Shown: positions 38,478-50,199 of the stretch, piece after piece
Layout: each line of letters begins with the position of its first letter
Position numbering within the stretch: position 1 is the first letter of the stretch
Assembly: GCF_028641065.1 (NCBI RefSeq)
Contig: NC_073401.1
Location: forward strand, 22,568,001 to 22,632,000
DNA: 64,000 nucleotides
Direction: 5' to 3'
Source of the DNA: Leucoraja erinacea
Lineage: Eukaryota
Program-made: the position numbers and the translations under genes
Notes under the pieces: model-generated
Database searches by the model: none
What the model saw: only the letters and a program-made list of their open reading frames with translations
What the model was told of the DNA's origin: nothing

Positions 38478-39899
38478 CTGGAACAATAAGGTAGCATTAA
38501 ACAGATGTTCCAGTCCAGCTGAAGCAGCAATATGACTGACTAGGATTGAATTGGATATTAGCTCAAACTGCTTCTCAGTGCCAACTATCTTCAATAGAAA
38601 GTTTTTCCAAGGATTGCAGGTAAATGCTACATTATGCCAATGGGGAAGTACTGTGTTTGTCACACAGTTCTAATGACCTGGGTTTGATTCTGGCCTCTGG
38701 TACTGTTTTCATGGAATTTGTACATTCTTCCTGTGAACGCGTGGGTTTACTCTGAGTACTCCAATTTCCCCCCAGGTCGCAAAGATGGGGGGATAGGTTT
38801 GTTGGATCCTTCACTTAAAATGTTGTCACCTCAGTATACCAGAACCTTGGAGAGTGCAGCAATGGATGGAATTACATCAGTCTATATTTGGGTGCATAAC
38901 TCTCTGGATGGGGGGGGGGGGGGCGGGGTTGAAGCCATAAAGATCTGATACATACCACCATCAAGCTTTATTGATGGTGGCATGTATATATGAAAAAGTG
39001 AATCTAAGTAGTTAAATCAATGGTGGATATGTGAAAAAGTGAATATGTGGTCCATACTGACCGGAGTATGGAAGATGAGAAATTAATGAGTAATGATAAT
39101 TTTAAGAAGAAAACTAACTCAGGGATGGCTGTCAAAGTGACACCAAGAGGCCGGGGAGCCTAGAGCTATGGAATGTTAGGAATAATAGCAATAAAAGCCA
39201 ACTATTTATAATTTTTTTCCAAGGATAAATGAGCTGTCCGACCATGAGCGGCTGATGAAATTGGATCCACACTCTTTGGATTCTAGCAGAATGAGGGTAT
39301 ATTGAAACATAATATCCTTAGTATGCACGAAAGGCAGATGCTAAAATGTGTTCCTTTGGTGGGAGAATCTCAAATTAGAGAAGATAGGTAGTGAACAAGA
39401 ATACAGGGCCGGTCATTTATAATGATAGTGCCTAGGAACGTGGTAGAGCCTGGGAATTTCTTCACCTCATCTTGTTGCTGAGGCTGGATCACTGAGACTG
39501 TTTGAAGAGGAAGTAGATACATTTTAGTAGAGTCAAGAACCAAAGGACATAGGTTTGAGGTTAGAGGGGAAAGATTTATTAGGAAAGTGACAGGGCAACT
39601 TTTTCCACACATAGGGTGGAGAGTATATGGAATCAGTTGCCAGAGGAGGTAGTTCAGGTAGGTGCCATCAGAACATTTAAAAGGCATTTGGACATTATGG
39701 ATACAAAAGGTTTAGAACAACATGGGCCGAATGTCGGCAGTTGGGACTTGTGTAGATGGGGCATCTTGGTCGGCATGACCGAGTTGGGTCGAAGGGTCTG
39801 TTTCCATGCTGTAGGACTCCATGACTCTATATCTGTAGAACATTCAAAATGAATCTTTTCAATTGAAAATGTAATTATTCCAAGAAAATAATTCAATAC

Positions 39900-40117
39900 C
39901 TTTGGTGTTGGCATCTATCATTGTCAAAGCACTGGTGTAGCAGGGGATCGCCAGTTTATAATTCTTACTCTGGAAGTATCGGTTGCCTTTCTCCCGCTCG
40001 TCCCTAATTAATTGCAACTGTTCCACTTTCGGTTTAACCTCCAGGCGAGTTCCACTGACTGACAACAGCTCGACTTCGAGGAGAACTCTGCCCCCTGGTT
40101 TCACTTCTGAGGCTTCA
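39900..40117 (-). CDS. FKBP8-like exon 4, end of FKBP domain + TPR1 (VLLEVELLSV...REKGNRYFQSKNYKLAIPCYTSAL)
   Basis: TPR1 motif of FKBP immunophilins; ctgcag/gtattg; 218 nt, phases fit. Confidence 0.93.
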
Positions 40118-40934
40118 CTGCAGAACAATTAAGCAAATGATCAGATTCTGTTGTCGTCATTGAGAAACAGTATGAAAACAGGCACTTTGACCACTGGGTC
40201 CATGCTGACCATCATATATGGAATGAGCTGCCGGAGGAGGTAGTTGAGGCAGGTGATATCAGAACATTTAAAAGGCATTTGGACAGGCACATGGATACGA
40301 AAGGTTTGTATTTACACTAACCCTACAATAATCCCATTTTGAACCAAGGTGGCATTTCGGAAGGACAAGAGAAGACTTAAATCATTCATAACAGTCAACA
40401 AATAAAAAACAAATTTGGGTAAGCAAATACCAACTTTCTTTGCCAAAGAGGTCAATAAATCTTGCACTTGTTACACTCAACCTGCTGAATTACAAGACAA
40501 TCCGTTAAAAAATGGATAAATACTGAAAGCTCAATTTACAGTTAAAATATTCTCTGATTTCAGTAGCTGAATATTCTGGGATCAGCTCTTCGAGAGCACT
40601 GCCCAATAAAATAAATACATGCAGAGCCTGGGCTGCTGAGTATTTTTTTTACCATTTTCTGTTCTATTGCAGATCTCAGGCATCTGCATAATTTGGGTTG
40701 GAGAGGAAATCCCTAGAGTGGAAACTCAACATGTCACCAATGAATAACATCACCTGAGATCTACTAAAATTCAAATGAATTGTAATCAGAATTAGAATTC
40801 AATCCCAGACTTCAGACCACTTGATACGTTTCATCTTATTTTGTGATTTCATCTAAACCTACAGCTTCAAATTAATTCAGAGGCAATTCTGTAAAAACAC
40901 ACAGAGTTGATTCACAGATATGAACATTAATTAC

Positions 40935-41023
40935 CTGGATGCTCTTCCGGAACAAAACTTGGAGTCTGTGAGAATCAGAGCTGTTTCATGTAAGTACATC
41001 AGGGGCACACATATCTCCAGAGC
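40935..41023 (-). CDS. FKBP8-like exon 3 (ALEICVPLMYLHETALILTDSKFCSGRAS)
   Basis: Matches FKBP8 [26 protein letters not shown]; ctctaag/gtaatt; 89 nt. Confidence 0.92.
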
Positions 41024-41083
41024 CTTAGAGAGAGAAAACAATTCTGAAAGTTACTGTGTTAAAGAAATCAAGAGATAATGAAG

Positions 41084-41211
41084 CTGAAGAAGGGTCTCGA
41101 CCTGAAACGTCACCTATTCCCTCGCTCCATAGATGCTGCCTCACCCGCTGAGTTTCTCAAGCATTTTTGTCTACCTTCGATTTTTCCAGCATCTGCAGTT
41201 CTTTCTTAAAC
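41084..41211 (+). repeat. Penelope-type short repeat with hammerhead core (41084-41111)
   Basis: CTGAAGA A GGGT CTCG ACCT GAAA CGTC; flanking direct repeat ATGAAGCTGA (41078, 41212). Confidence 0.8.
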
Positions 41212-42024
41212 ATGAAGCTGATGGTACTCAACTGAAGACTGTTCCAATATCAGTCATTCCCCGACCTAGGCTGTTTTAGTGCAGTTTACCATTGCATCTA
41301 TCCAACCAAATAGATATTTTGTGTTGAATTCACAAAAGCAGGACAAGCTTAATCCAACTCATTATCTGCCAGTTCACGTTCCTTCATCACATGGGGGTGG
41401 GGGTGTCTTTCGTTGTGCTACAAACAGCTCTGTCCATCAATAGTGGCAGAAGAGACTGCAGATGTTGGAATCATGAGCAAAAGTAAAGTGCTGGAGTCAG
41501 GTAGTGGAGGGAAATGCACAGATAACGTTTCAGGCCAGGACTTTTCTCCACATCGAAGAAAAATTCTGACGCCAACCGTCATCTGTCCATTCATCCTTTG
41601 AATTCTTCCAACAATTTGATTTTTGTTCGGGCCTCACTATTGATGATTAATTTATTTTTTCCCCAGAAACATTTGGCTCCTGATCTTATAGTCTAAACAT
41701 GGATCAAGGCGGTAAATTCCAACAGTAACGAGGTGAAGTGACTGCCCATAACAGTAAGGCAGCATATGACTAAGATTGTATTTTCCAAATGCTTGTGAGC
41801 AAAGCTACAGGAAATCCACCAGTTCAATAGTAGGTAAAATTTAAAAAGAGATACTGTCCAGAAAAAGGGAAAGCAGCATAATTTAAGGAGGGACTAGAAC
41901 ACACAGCAGATAGATCAATGTAACTGTATATCCTTAAACAACAAGCTCCTTGCAATCATTAGTGATGATCCTCACCCTAACCCTAACTTCAACGGAGAGA
42001 GGTTGAGCTTTCATTGGATCGTAA

Positions 42025-42247
42025 AGTCCCTGTCCCACTTAGGCAACCTGAACGGAAACCTCTGGAGACTTTGCGCCCCACCCAAGGGTTCTGTGCGGTT
42101 CCCGGAGGTTTTTGTCAGTCTCCCTACCTGCTTCCACTACATGCAACCTCCAGGAACCGCACGGAAACCTTGGGTGGGGCGCAAAGTCTCCAGAGGCTTC
42201 CGTTCAGGTTTCCTAAGTGGGACAGGGGCTTAAGTGGGACAGGGGCA
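42025..42247. mobile_element. Second copy of the Harbinger-type MITE with a duplicated right end
   Basis: Near-identical to 29029-29244; TAA flanks; extra GTGGGACAGGGGCA at 42234-42247. Confidence 0.8.
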
Positions 42248-42677
42248 TTAAACAATAAATAGGCTGCACGAATTGGCTTGGGGCAAAATAAAGTAAACAC
42301 AATCTATGAACTACAGTATACACATCTGTGAATTATTTACATTCAAACATTATTAACAGAGTGACCCCAGGCTCGCGACGCGGACAGTGATGGATTGCAC
42401 ACATTTGTAAAATGATCATAGGTTCAAATCCTTTACAAATGGAAACCATGCGCGAATTGATTGACAGATTTGATTTGCAGACAGATGGCGGTAGCTATAT
42501 ACTCACGCATATTTACATTTAAATTTGCTACAATCGTGTATAATAACCCACTGATGGGGTATCAATGACAGTAGCGATGCCTATGCAAATCGTAGCTGGA
42601 TTTAGATGGGCGAGTATTAGTTAAAGAGGGCACGATTTTCTATGCGATTGTGTAAAGTGTCATTTATAAAGAGCTAC

Positions 42678-42970
42678 ACAGTGGAGTGACGGTGCCTCTG
42701 CTGCCTTACAGCGCCAGAGACCCGGGTTCGATCCCGACAACGGGTGCATTCTGTACCGAGTTTGGACGTTCTCCCTGTGTCGGCGCGGGTTTTCTCCGGG
42801 TGATCCGGTTTTCTCCCACACTTCAAAGACGTACAGATTTGTGAGTTAATTGGCTTCGGTAAAATTGCAACTTGCCACTAGTGTGTAGGATGGTGGTAGT
42901 GTACGGGATATCCCGATCGCTCGTCGGCGGTGGGTCGAAGAGCCTGTTTCCGCGCCTATCTCTAAATTCT
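42678..42970 (+). mobile_element. tRNA-derived SINE (HE1/V-SINE-like)
   Basis: GCTGCCTTACAGCGCCAGAGACCCGGGTTCGATCC B box, V-domain-like core; same family as 23391-23670. Confidence 0.82.
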
Positions 42971-43266
42971 CTTAAGTCTAAAGGTATCATGACTGCTTTA
43001 ATTGAGCACATGGTTGAATAATAGAAGAGTCAACGATTAAACTCTCAAAGTGTTCATTTTGCACAGTTAATATGTGCGTATTAATTATACCTAGCTTGAT
43101 GTTGCGGAGATTTAAATTAGCTATAAATATTAATACTGGGTGAACGCAAATTGCTTGTTTGTGTGAATTCTGTGCAGTTTGGGCTCAGGTGACTGATTCA
43201 CTGCTGTGTGTGCCTTCCGACCATAGCTGACATTGCTTTTGGTGAGGTGGCGTTCCGCTCACCCAC

Positions 43267-43436
43267 CTTAATGACATCCCTTCCATTGATAGTAAATGAA
43301 AGCTTCTGCCGGCCCAGAATGACATCTCCGTTTTCCTGCATGATCTTCACCCAGATTATGACATTCTGCCCGTTTCCCGGCCTCTCGAGCTGCGCGTCGC
43401 CACCTTTTAGAATCTTCTTCTTCAGCAACCCATTCC
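43267..43436 (-). CDS. FKBP8-like exon 2, FKBP domain (NGLLKKKILKGG...RPGNGQNV...SFTINGRDVIK)
   Basis: Similar to FKBP8 GNGLLRKKTLVPG...FTLGDCDVIQ; ttgcag/gtgggt; 170 nt. Confidence 0.92.
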
Positions 43437-43515
43437 CTGCAACGGTGAATGAGTGGCATTAGTTTAGAACGAGTTTCTACCTGTAGTTAGTAATTGCACC
43501 GTTTATTACGCGCAC

Positions 43516-43576
43516 CTAGCACGTCAATCCACTCTTCTTCTGAATTGTCCACTGCATCATGTGTTGAGTCCATCAT
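43516..43576 (-). CDS. FKBP8-like gene exon 1 (MMDSTHDAVDNSEEEWIDVL G)
   Basis: EWIDVLG matches FKBP8 EWLDILG; G|gtgcgc donor; upstream in-frame TGA supports this ATG as the start; CpG-rich upstream. Confidence 0.8.
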
Positions 43577-44089
43577 GCACACTGGAGCCCCGGCGGCCAC
43601 AAGGACTTGAACTCAAGATGTTCGCCGGCCTATCAGATTTGACAATGCTTGCAATCAAAATTATCCGACCACAATAGGAACCGATTCCACCATTAAAAGG
43701 CCAGCTTAGCCTGACCGGCCCGGTGCAATCGGTACAAGCGTGCGGTCACTTTTCCCTCCACGCTGACCTTGTCTGCATTTGTTGATCGCGTCAACATCTA
43801 CAGACAGAAATGTCTCAATGACAAGACACTGTTTAGAACTCATTTTGAACACAGATTGTTGCATCACGGAATGTTTTGCTGTTACTGCGGATACTTGCTT
43901 CCTGCAAAGATGTCACTTGGAAGCCGTTTAGAATTAAATTTACTGAAGAGGAAGGAACGTTTACGGGAGACCGCGTGTCCTGTCTGGGGTGGGGGGCGAT
44001 TGAACTGGACTCTGGGCCGATACAACACAATGAGACCAAAAGCAATCCGATGTCTCTGTATGACCGTTTTGTCCAACCATTGGAAACAT

Positions 44090-44615
44090 TGAGAGCGACC
44101 ATTGAGAGTCTACTGACATATTGCATGTCAGTGTGGTATGCAGGCTGCTCTGCTGCATACAAGAAATCGCTCCAGAGAGTGGTAAAAACAGCAGAGAGAA
44201 TCACCGGCTGCCCACTGCCCTCTCTGGAGGACATTGCCACCTCACGCTACCTCAGCAGAGCCACCTACATCATCAAAGACTCCACACATCACCTTTTTGA
44301 ACTGTTGCCCTCTGGCAGGCGTTACAGGTCAGCCAAAACACGGACCTACAGACTCAGATACAGTTTTTTCCCCAAAGCAATCTACACACTCAATATGAAA
44401 AAAACACTGAGTATTTATTCATGCTGCACTTTTCCATGCTGCTACAAACCTCCACGTGCAATACTGATTCTTTATTTATCTCGATACCTAGTTTTATAAC
44501 ATTGTTTTAAAATTGTGTCCTGTGTTTTTATGTTTGTATATTATGCACCAATGAAGTGGCAATAATAATTGTTGTATACAGTGCTGACAATGGCAAATAA
44601 AGGCATTCATTCATT
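44090..44615 (+). mobile_element. Rex1/Babar-type LINE 3' fragment
   Basis: ATIESLLTYCMSVWY...SLQRVVKTAERITG...LFELLPSGRRYRS...SFFPKAI; AATAAA + (CATT)n tail. Confidence 0.85.
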
Positions 44616-46355
44616 ATTTATCAGAATAATTTAGACCATTTTCACATTTCGCTGTTATCTCATGCCTTTTTTGTTCATCTGTCCAACCATCTGCCCATCA
44701 ACCACACACGTTCACCTATTGCCTTTCACGTGTTATCCTGCCCCTATCTTCGAGCTGACTTTCCCTCACTCAGCTTTCCCCTCCATGTTTCCAATAGTAC
44801 TTTCTTGAAATTATATTCCACTGTATAAGGTCGCCTCGAAGACTATCGAGGGGCAACATAATAGATGTTCATAGAATGATGAGGTGCACAGATAGGATTG
44901 TTAGGCAAAATCTTTTCCCCCCCCCCCCCCCCCCCCCCAATGTTGGGAGTCTAGAATTAGAACACATAGGTTTAATGTAAGAATGGAGAAATTTCAAAGG
45001 AGATCTGGAAGGCACGTTTTTTACACAGAGGGTAGTAGTTATCTTGAATTGGTGGTAGAGGGAGATGCAATTAAAAGCTTTAAATAGCATTTAGACAAGT
45101 ACTAAGATAGAAAAGGTAAAGAGAGATGTGGCTCTAATACTGAGGTGGTGGGAAAGGGCTTGCTTCTCTGCAGTATGATTGCATGATCCCTATACAAGTC
45201 AGACACTTGTGTCACCACAATCATAGAGTGTGTGGGTCTAGGGAGATTGACTGAACCAAACGCTGGACTATCTCTAAACCTAAAGCTTGCACCCAATGTC
45301 TGTGAATCACATGGTTAGCCCACCCAGAAACATTGGAAAGGAACACACGTTGGGAAGCACAACTTCCCACATGTGAGAATGTTCATTCCAAACAATTCAA
45401 TTAAAAAAAAAAGTAAACTGCAGATGTTGGATATCTGAAACAAAAATGGAATATGCTCAGCAGATCAGGTAGCATCTGTGGAAAGAGAAACAGTAACATT
45501 TTCAGGATGAAGACCCTTCATCAGAACAGAGTGGGAAAACAGGTTGAAGGGAATGAAGAGAAATACTGCCTGTGAGCAAATGAAATGAAAGGCAGCTTCA
45601 GTGGGAAGAGGAACAAATCGTTCAGGTTTCAGGTTTGCAACCTTCCTATTTTTGTCAAAATGTATCTCAATGTTACCCAGTGTATTAAAATGAATATTAT
45701 TTCTATTGATTAGAATATCATCTGCCACAAGACTTAATTTGCCATTAAGCAAGAAAGCCTATTGGGTCACAACGCATAGACTGTATTTCTTTTTGATGTG
45801 GACTATCGTTGGAGAAAACTATTGTGTGCTAGATAGGAGCCTGAATTAGTAAATGTGGTAAAGAAAAAATGTAGATATGTTACTTTCAGGCATTGTTTTT
45901 GGTTGCCTGTTTTCTCAAGCCAAATCCCCCTTTGGGGATTTGCCCTCCATACCCTTTCATGTTTATCACAGTGCCATGATTGAGAATAATTTCAACAAAA
46001 TTATTGCAAAACCAGAGTGCAGTTTGTTGTTGAAAACAGTGCTGTTGAGCTTCGATTTTAATCATATAAATTTCACGAAAATACACTTAATTTTATATAG
46101 ATACAGACCATGTTGGACAAGGTGAGAAGATAAGAGTTAGAATACGTAGCGGCTCACATGGACTTTGAGCCCTGGCAGGCTCTGCTGTAAATTCTGCAAA
46201 CTTTCATAAAGATCTCCAAAACAAAATTTGACATAGAGCAAATATGTTTCAGGGTAGAGACACAAAGTTCTGGAGACAGTGAGATCTAGAAACGGTAGGG
46301 AATTGTCGTAGATGGACCAAGTGAATTTGAGTGCAGGATGGAAATTAGTTGTGAG

Positions 46356-47415
46356 GTTACCCGTGAACTATACCCAAACTCTACCTTCACTACACTGACA
46401 ACTGCATCGGTGCCACCTCCTGCACCCATGCAGAACTCACTGACTTCATCAACTTCATGGCTAATTTTCCATCACGGGAGACAGACTATCGACAGACATC
46501 TATTACAAACCCACCGACTCCCATAGCTATCTAGACTACACTTCTTCCCATCCTGCTTCCTGTAAAGACTCTATCCCCCACTGCCAACTCCTCCGTCTAC
46601 ACCGCATATGTACCGAGGATGTTGTGTTCCATACCAGGACATCAGTCATCTTCATTCTTTAGGGAATGGGGGGTTCCCCGCTATCATTATAGACGAGGTT
46701 CTCACTGGGTTCTCCTCGATAACCCACAGCTCTGCTCTTGCTCCCCCTTCGTAACAAGGGCCGCCTTGTCCACACCTTTTACCCAATGATCCATTGCATA
46801 CAGCACATAATCCTCCGACATTTTCACCACCTCCAACGGGATCCCACTACTAGCCACATCTTCCAATCTCCATCGCTTTCTGTTTTCTGCAGAGACCGTT
46901 CCCTCTGCAAAGCCCTGGTCAATGTCCCTTCCCTTCCCACCCAAACCACCCCCTCCTCGGTACTTTCCCCTGCAATCGCAGGAGATGCAACACCTGTCCT
47001 TACACCTCTCCCCTCGACTCTGTCCAAGGAACCAGAGTCTTTTCAGGTGAGGCAGAGGTTCACTTGCACCTCCTCCAACCTCATCTTCTGTATTCGCTGT
47101 TCCAGGTGTGGACTCCCGTATATCAGCGAGACCATGCGCAGACTCTGCAATCGTTCCACTGAACACCTCCACTCAGTCCGCATAAACCTTCCTGATCTCC
47201 CAGTTGCACAGCACTTCAACTCCCCCTCCCATTCCCACTGACCGTTCTGTCCTGGGCCTCCTCCATTGTCAGAGTAAGGCCCAGTGCAAATTGGAGGAAC
47301 AGCACCTCATATTTCACTTACACCCGAGCAGTATGAACATTGACTTCTCCAACATCAAATTTCCCTCTCTCCATCCCCTCCCCTTTCCTCTCTCCATCCC
47401 CTCCTCTTGACCCAA
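46356..47415 (+). mobile_element. Penelope-like retroelement fragment (RT C-terminus + GIY-YIG endonuclease), decayed
   Basis: ORF 46738..47241 has FTCTSSNLIFCIRCSRCGLPYISET.RRL..R..EH (PLE GIY-YIG with CxxC); followed by KLEEQHLIF. Confidence 0.9.
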
Positions 47416-47767
47416 AACTGGACAGGCTAGATGCAGGAAAATTGGTCCCAATGTTGAGAGTTCAGAACCATGGGCCACAGTCTTAGAATAAAGGGGAAGT
47501 CATTTAAGACTGAGGTGAGAAGAAACTTTTTCACCCAGTGTTGTGAATTTGTGGAATTCCCTGCCACAGAGGGGAGTGGAGGCCAAGTCACTGGGTGGAT
47601 TTAAGAGAGAGTTAGATAGAGCTCTAGGGGCTAGTGGTATCAAGAGATATGGGGTGAAGACAGTCATGGGTTATTGATTGGGGACGATCAGCCATGATCA
47701 CAATGAATGGCGGTGCCAGCTCGAAGGGCCAAATGGCCTCCTCCTGCACCTATTTTCTACGTTTCTA
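47416..47767 (+). mobile_element. CR1 LINE 3' fragment inserted in a Penelope repeat
   Basis: Similar to 26590-26935. Confidence 0.88.
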
Positions 47768-48828
47768 GAAACGTCACCCATTCCTTCTCTCCAGAGATGC
47801 TGCCTGTGCCACTGAGTTAATCCATCATTTTGTTCTGCACTGGAAATGGAAAAGACAAGAAAGAATGCAAAAAGTAGCAGGTGAAATTATGCAGAATTTT
47901 ATACTGCATTCCTGCTTAATTGTTTCTGGCTGAACCTAGTTTTTTGGCAGATATAAGAAGCCCTTAGCTGAAGCAGAGCCTCATTGAAATATACATGTTT
48001 GTGATTTCTACATCATGTCACTTAAGACGAGTGTAAATCAAATACTTGCTAATTTCATGTAAAATAAAGAAATTAAGCAGATTCTTTAGAAAGAGCATTT
48101 TGATTTCACATTTCTTGTATTGAAATGCATATTAGGCAAAACAAAATTTGATTCAATAAGACACCAAATGGAATAGCCAACTAGATTTCTCATACTGGGG
48201 GTGTTCTCCTCTTGGTATAGTCACTCATCATGACTGATGGGAACCTTGAAATATTGAATGGCAGTTCCCATTCCAATTGCTAGATTACAGCCCAATATAA
48301 ATGCAACATTCTCTAAACCTGCAACCTTTGAAAGTGTTATTTAGTGAATATCACCACTCTTTTCCCTTCAGTTTTTACCCAAGACTTTAGATTTGGATTT
48401 AAGGATATTATTGACCTTTCTTGCTCGTGTTTAGATTTTATCTTGATTATTCCCCATTTATAGAACTATAGTCAGAGACATCCATCAATGATTGAATGCC
48501 AGCTAAATAGGACAAATGACTTCATTAACAAAAGCAAAAAAATAATAATTACAAACCATAAGTGTCGGAAAACTGTTTTACTAAAGGAAGATTATATATA
48601 TACAGATCAAAAGTCACATTTGTAAACGCACCTAAATTATTTCAGTTTAGCATTGCATTCTTGAACCACTCACTTCAGTCAAAATCAATTGTCCATTAAA
48701 ACTAGACACACAAGCGTGAAAGCCAGTCTGCAAGATAGTGCAAAAGATTCCACTTGAGAACCACAAATGGTTTTGTTGAAAAGTGACCAGTCCATTTCAG
48801 CTCCTGTGTCTTTCTTTACCATACCCCC

Positions 48829-48829
<1 letters not shown>

Positions 48830-48862
<33 letters not shown>
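48830..48862. repeat. Poly-C/poly-G homopolymer (about 33 nt) in the UFD1 3'UTR
   Basis: Seen directly. Confidence 0.95.
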
Positions 48863-48907
48863 ACCCCCCGTTCCCCAAATGGAAAAGGTTCTTCTTCCAC
48901 CACAGTC

Positions 48908-48982
48908 CTACGGCTTCCTTCCTTTCTTGCGTAAAGACTGGCCTTCTCCAGAGAATGCGATAAACCTGCTGGCTCCCGAATC
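48908..48982 (-). CDS. UFD1: UFD1 exon 12, terminal (DSGASRFIAFSGEGQSLRKKGRKP*)
   Basis: Conserved UFD1 C-terminus, TAG at 48908-48910. Confidence 0.96.
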   Translation of the reverse strand, partial: DSGASRFIAFSGEGQSLRKKGRKP

Positions 48983-49736
48983 CTGCATCAACAGAAGTGA
49001 TCATGAAGATTTAGAAAACTTTATCTATGATCTTGCTTTGTACAGCCACAGCTCAGCATTTTCCAAAGTGAAGCATTGCACAAGATCGCCAGGTTGACAT
49101 GTGGGCGCCAATTGATTAAAGTAAACCGTAATTTCAGGCAAAGTAGACAATAGGTCAACTGCTGGAAAGGAGTGAAGATATTGTGCCATGTTTCCTGTTT
49201 AATAAACTCAATTAAACCGTACAAGTTCTTAACAAAATGAATCAATATGAAGCAGAGAACGTACACTGTATCAATTCTAATAAATCAATCTATATAATCC
49301 AGAATCAATGTTGAGATACTCATTTCCCAAAGGAAGTGGACAGAAAGGTCAGGTAAACCAGGAAAGAGTAACCTAATTTTGCACTTGACCCTGGAGTACT
49401 CAAGATGGACAATGACCATCTGAAATGGAACACGTTCCAATTTCTCAGCACCATTCCTCATCTTAACTGCAGATTGTAAAGGAGATACAAGGGAAGTTGA
49501 TTGGTGATGGCGACCCATTGATTTCAGTCACATTATGACCACGCTATTCAGAAGAATTAATTGATTTATAATATTTGACTGATGTCCCTTTAAAACTCAT
49601 ATCAGATTTCCTGCATGAGTAACAAGGTCGACATCAACTTTATTTTATATTATCACTTGTTAAATTACTGAACCTTTTACCAAAATAAGAACATATTTCA
49701 AGCGAACACATTAATTTACTTCCGACATTCACTCAC

Positions 49737-49818
49737 CTCTTCTATTTGTTTTGGGTGAGGCCGTGAATTCCTGATGAATGTAATTTTTCCTATTTTGAAC
49801 TCATAGTTTGGAATTCCT
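49737..49818 (-). CDS. UFD1: UFD1 exon 11 (GIPNYEFKIGKITFIRNSRPHPKQIEE)
   Basis: aaacag/gtgagt, 82 nt. Confidence 0.95.
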
Positions 49819-50199
49819 CTGTTTGATGAATGGCAGAAAAAAGTTAGTTTGTAATCACCACCACTGAATTAGACACACGCTTCTTAAGCATTTCTGTATA
49901 TTTGGTTATATTTGGACTGTTCGTTCATTACTGACACTCGTTTCATATAAAAAGCTTAAGACGTCAGACACTCAACTGATACGGTTCAATTCTCAGAAAC
50001 CTGTGGAATAGAACAAACTACAGGGAATCGAGAACATAATCTTGACTGAAGACTCAGTGCTGTATTGAGGAAACACTGCACTTCTTGCATGAGATACTGA
50101 ACAAATATCAACAGTGGGAAGCAGGAAAGTTCCATGGCATTCAAGTGTCAATAGTAAACATATTGTTGTAGACCATTAGCTTTAAAAAGTTGTGGATAG

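Noticed and set aside
38478-38590. Upstream extension of FKBP8-like exon 5 suggested by ORF 38430..38663
   Set aside because: Wrong frame relative to the TPR coding sequence; the acceptor at 38478-38480 gives the correct phase.
43876-44499. 207-aa ORF as a host gene
   Set aside because: Its C-terminal two-thirds is a Rex/Babar LINE RT C-terminus; the N-terminal part is incidental open frame.
48685-49097. Poly-Pro/poly-Gly ORFs
   Set aside because: Artefacts of the poly-C homopolymer in the UFD1 3'UTR.
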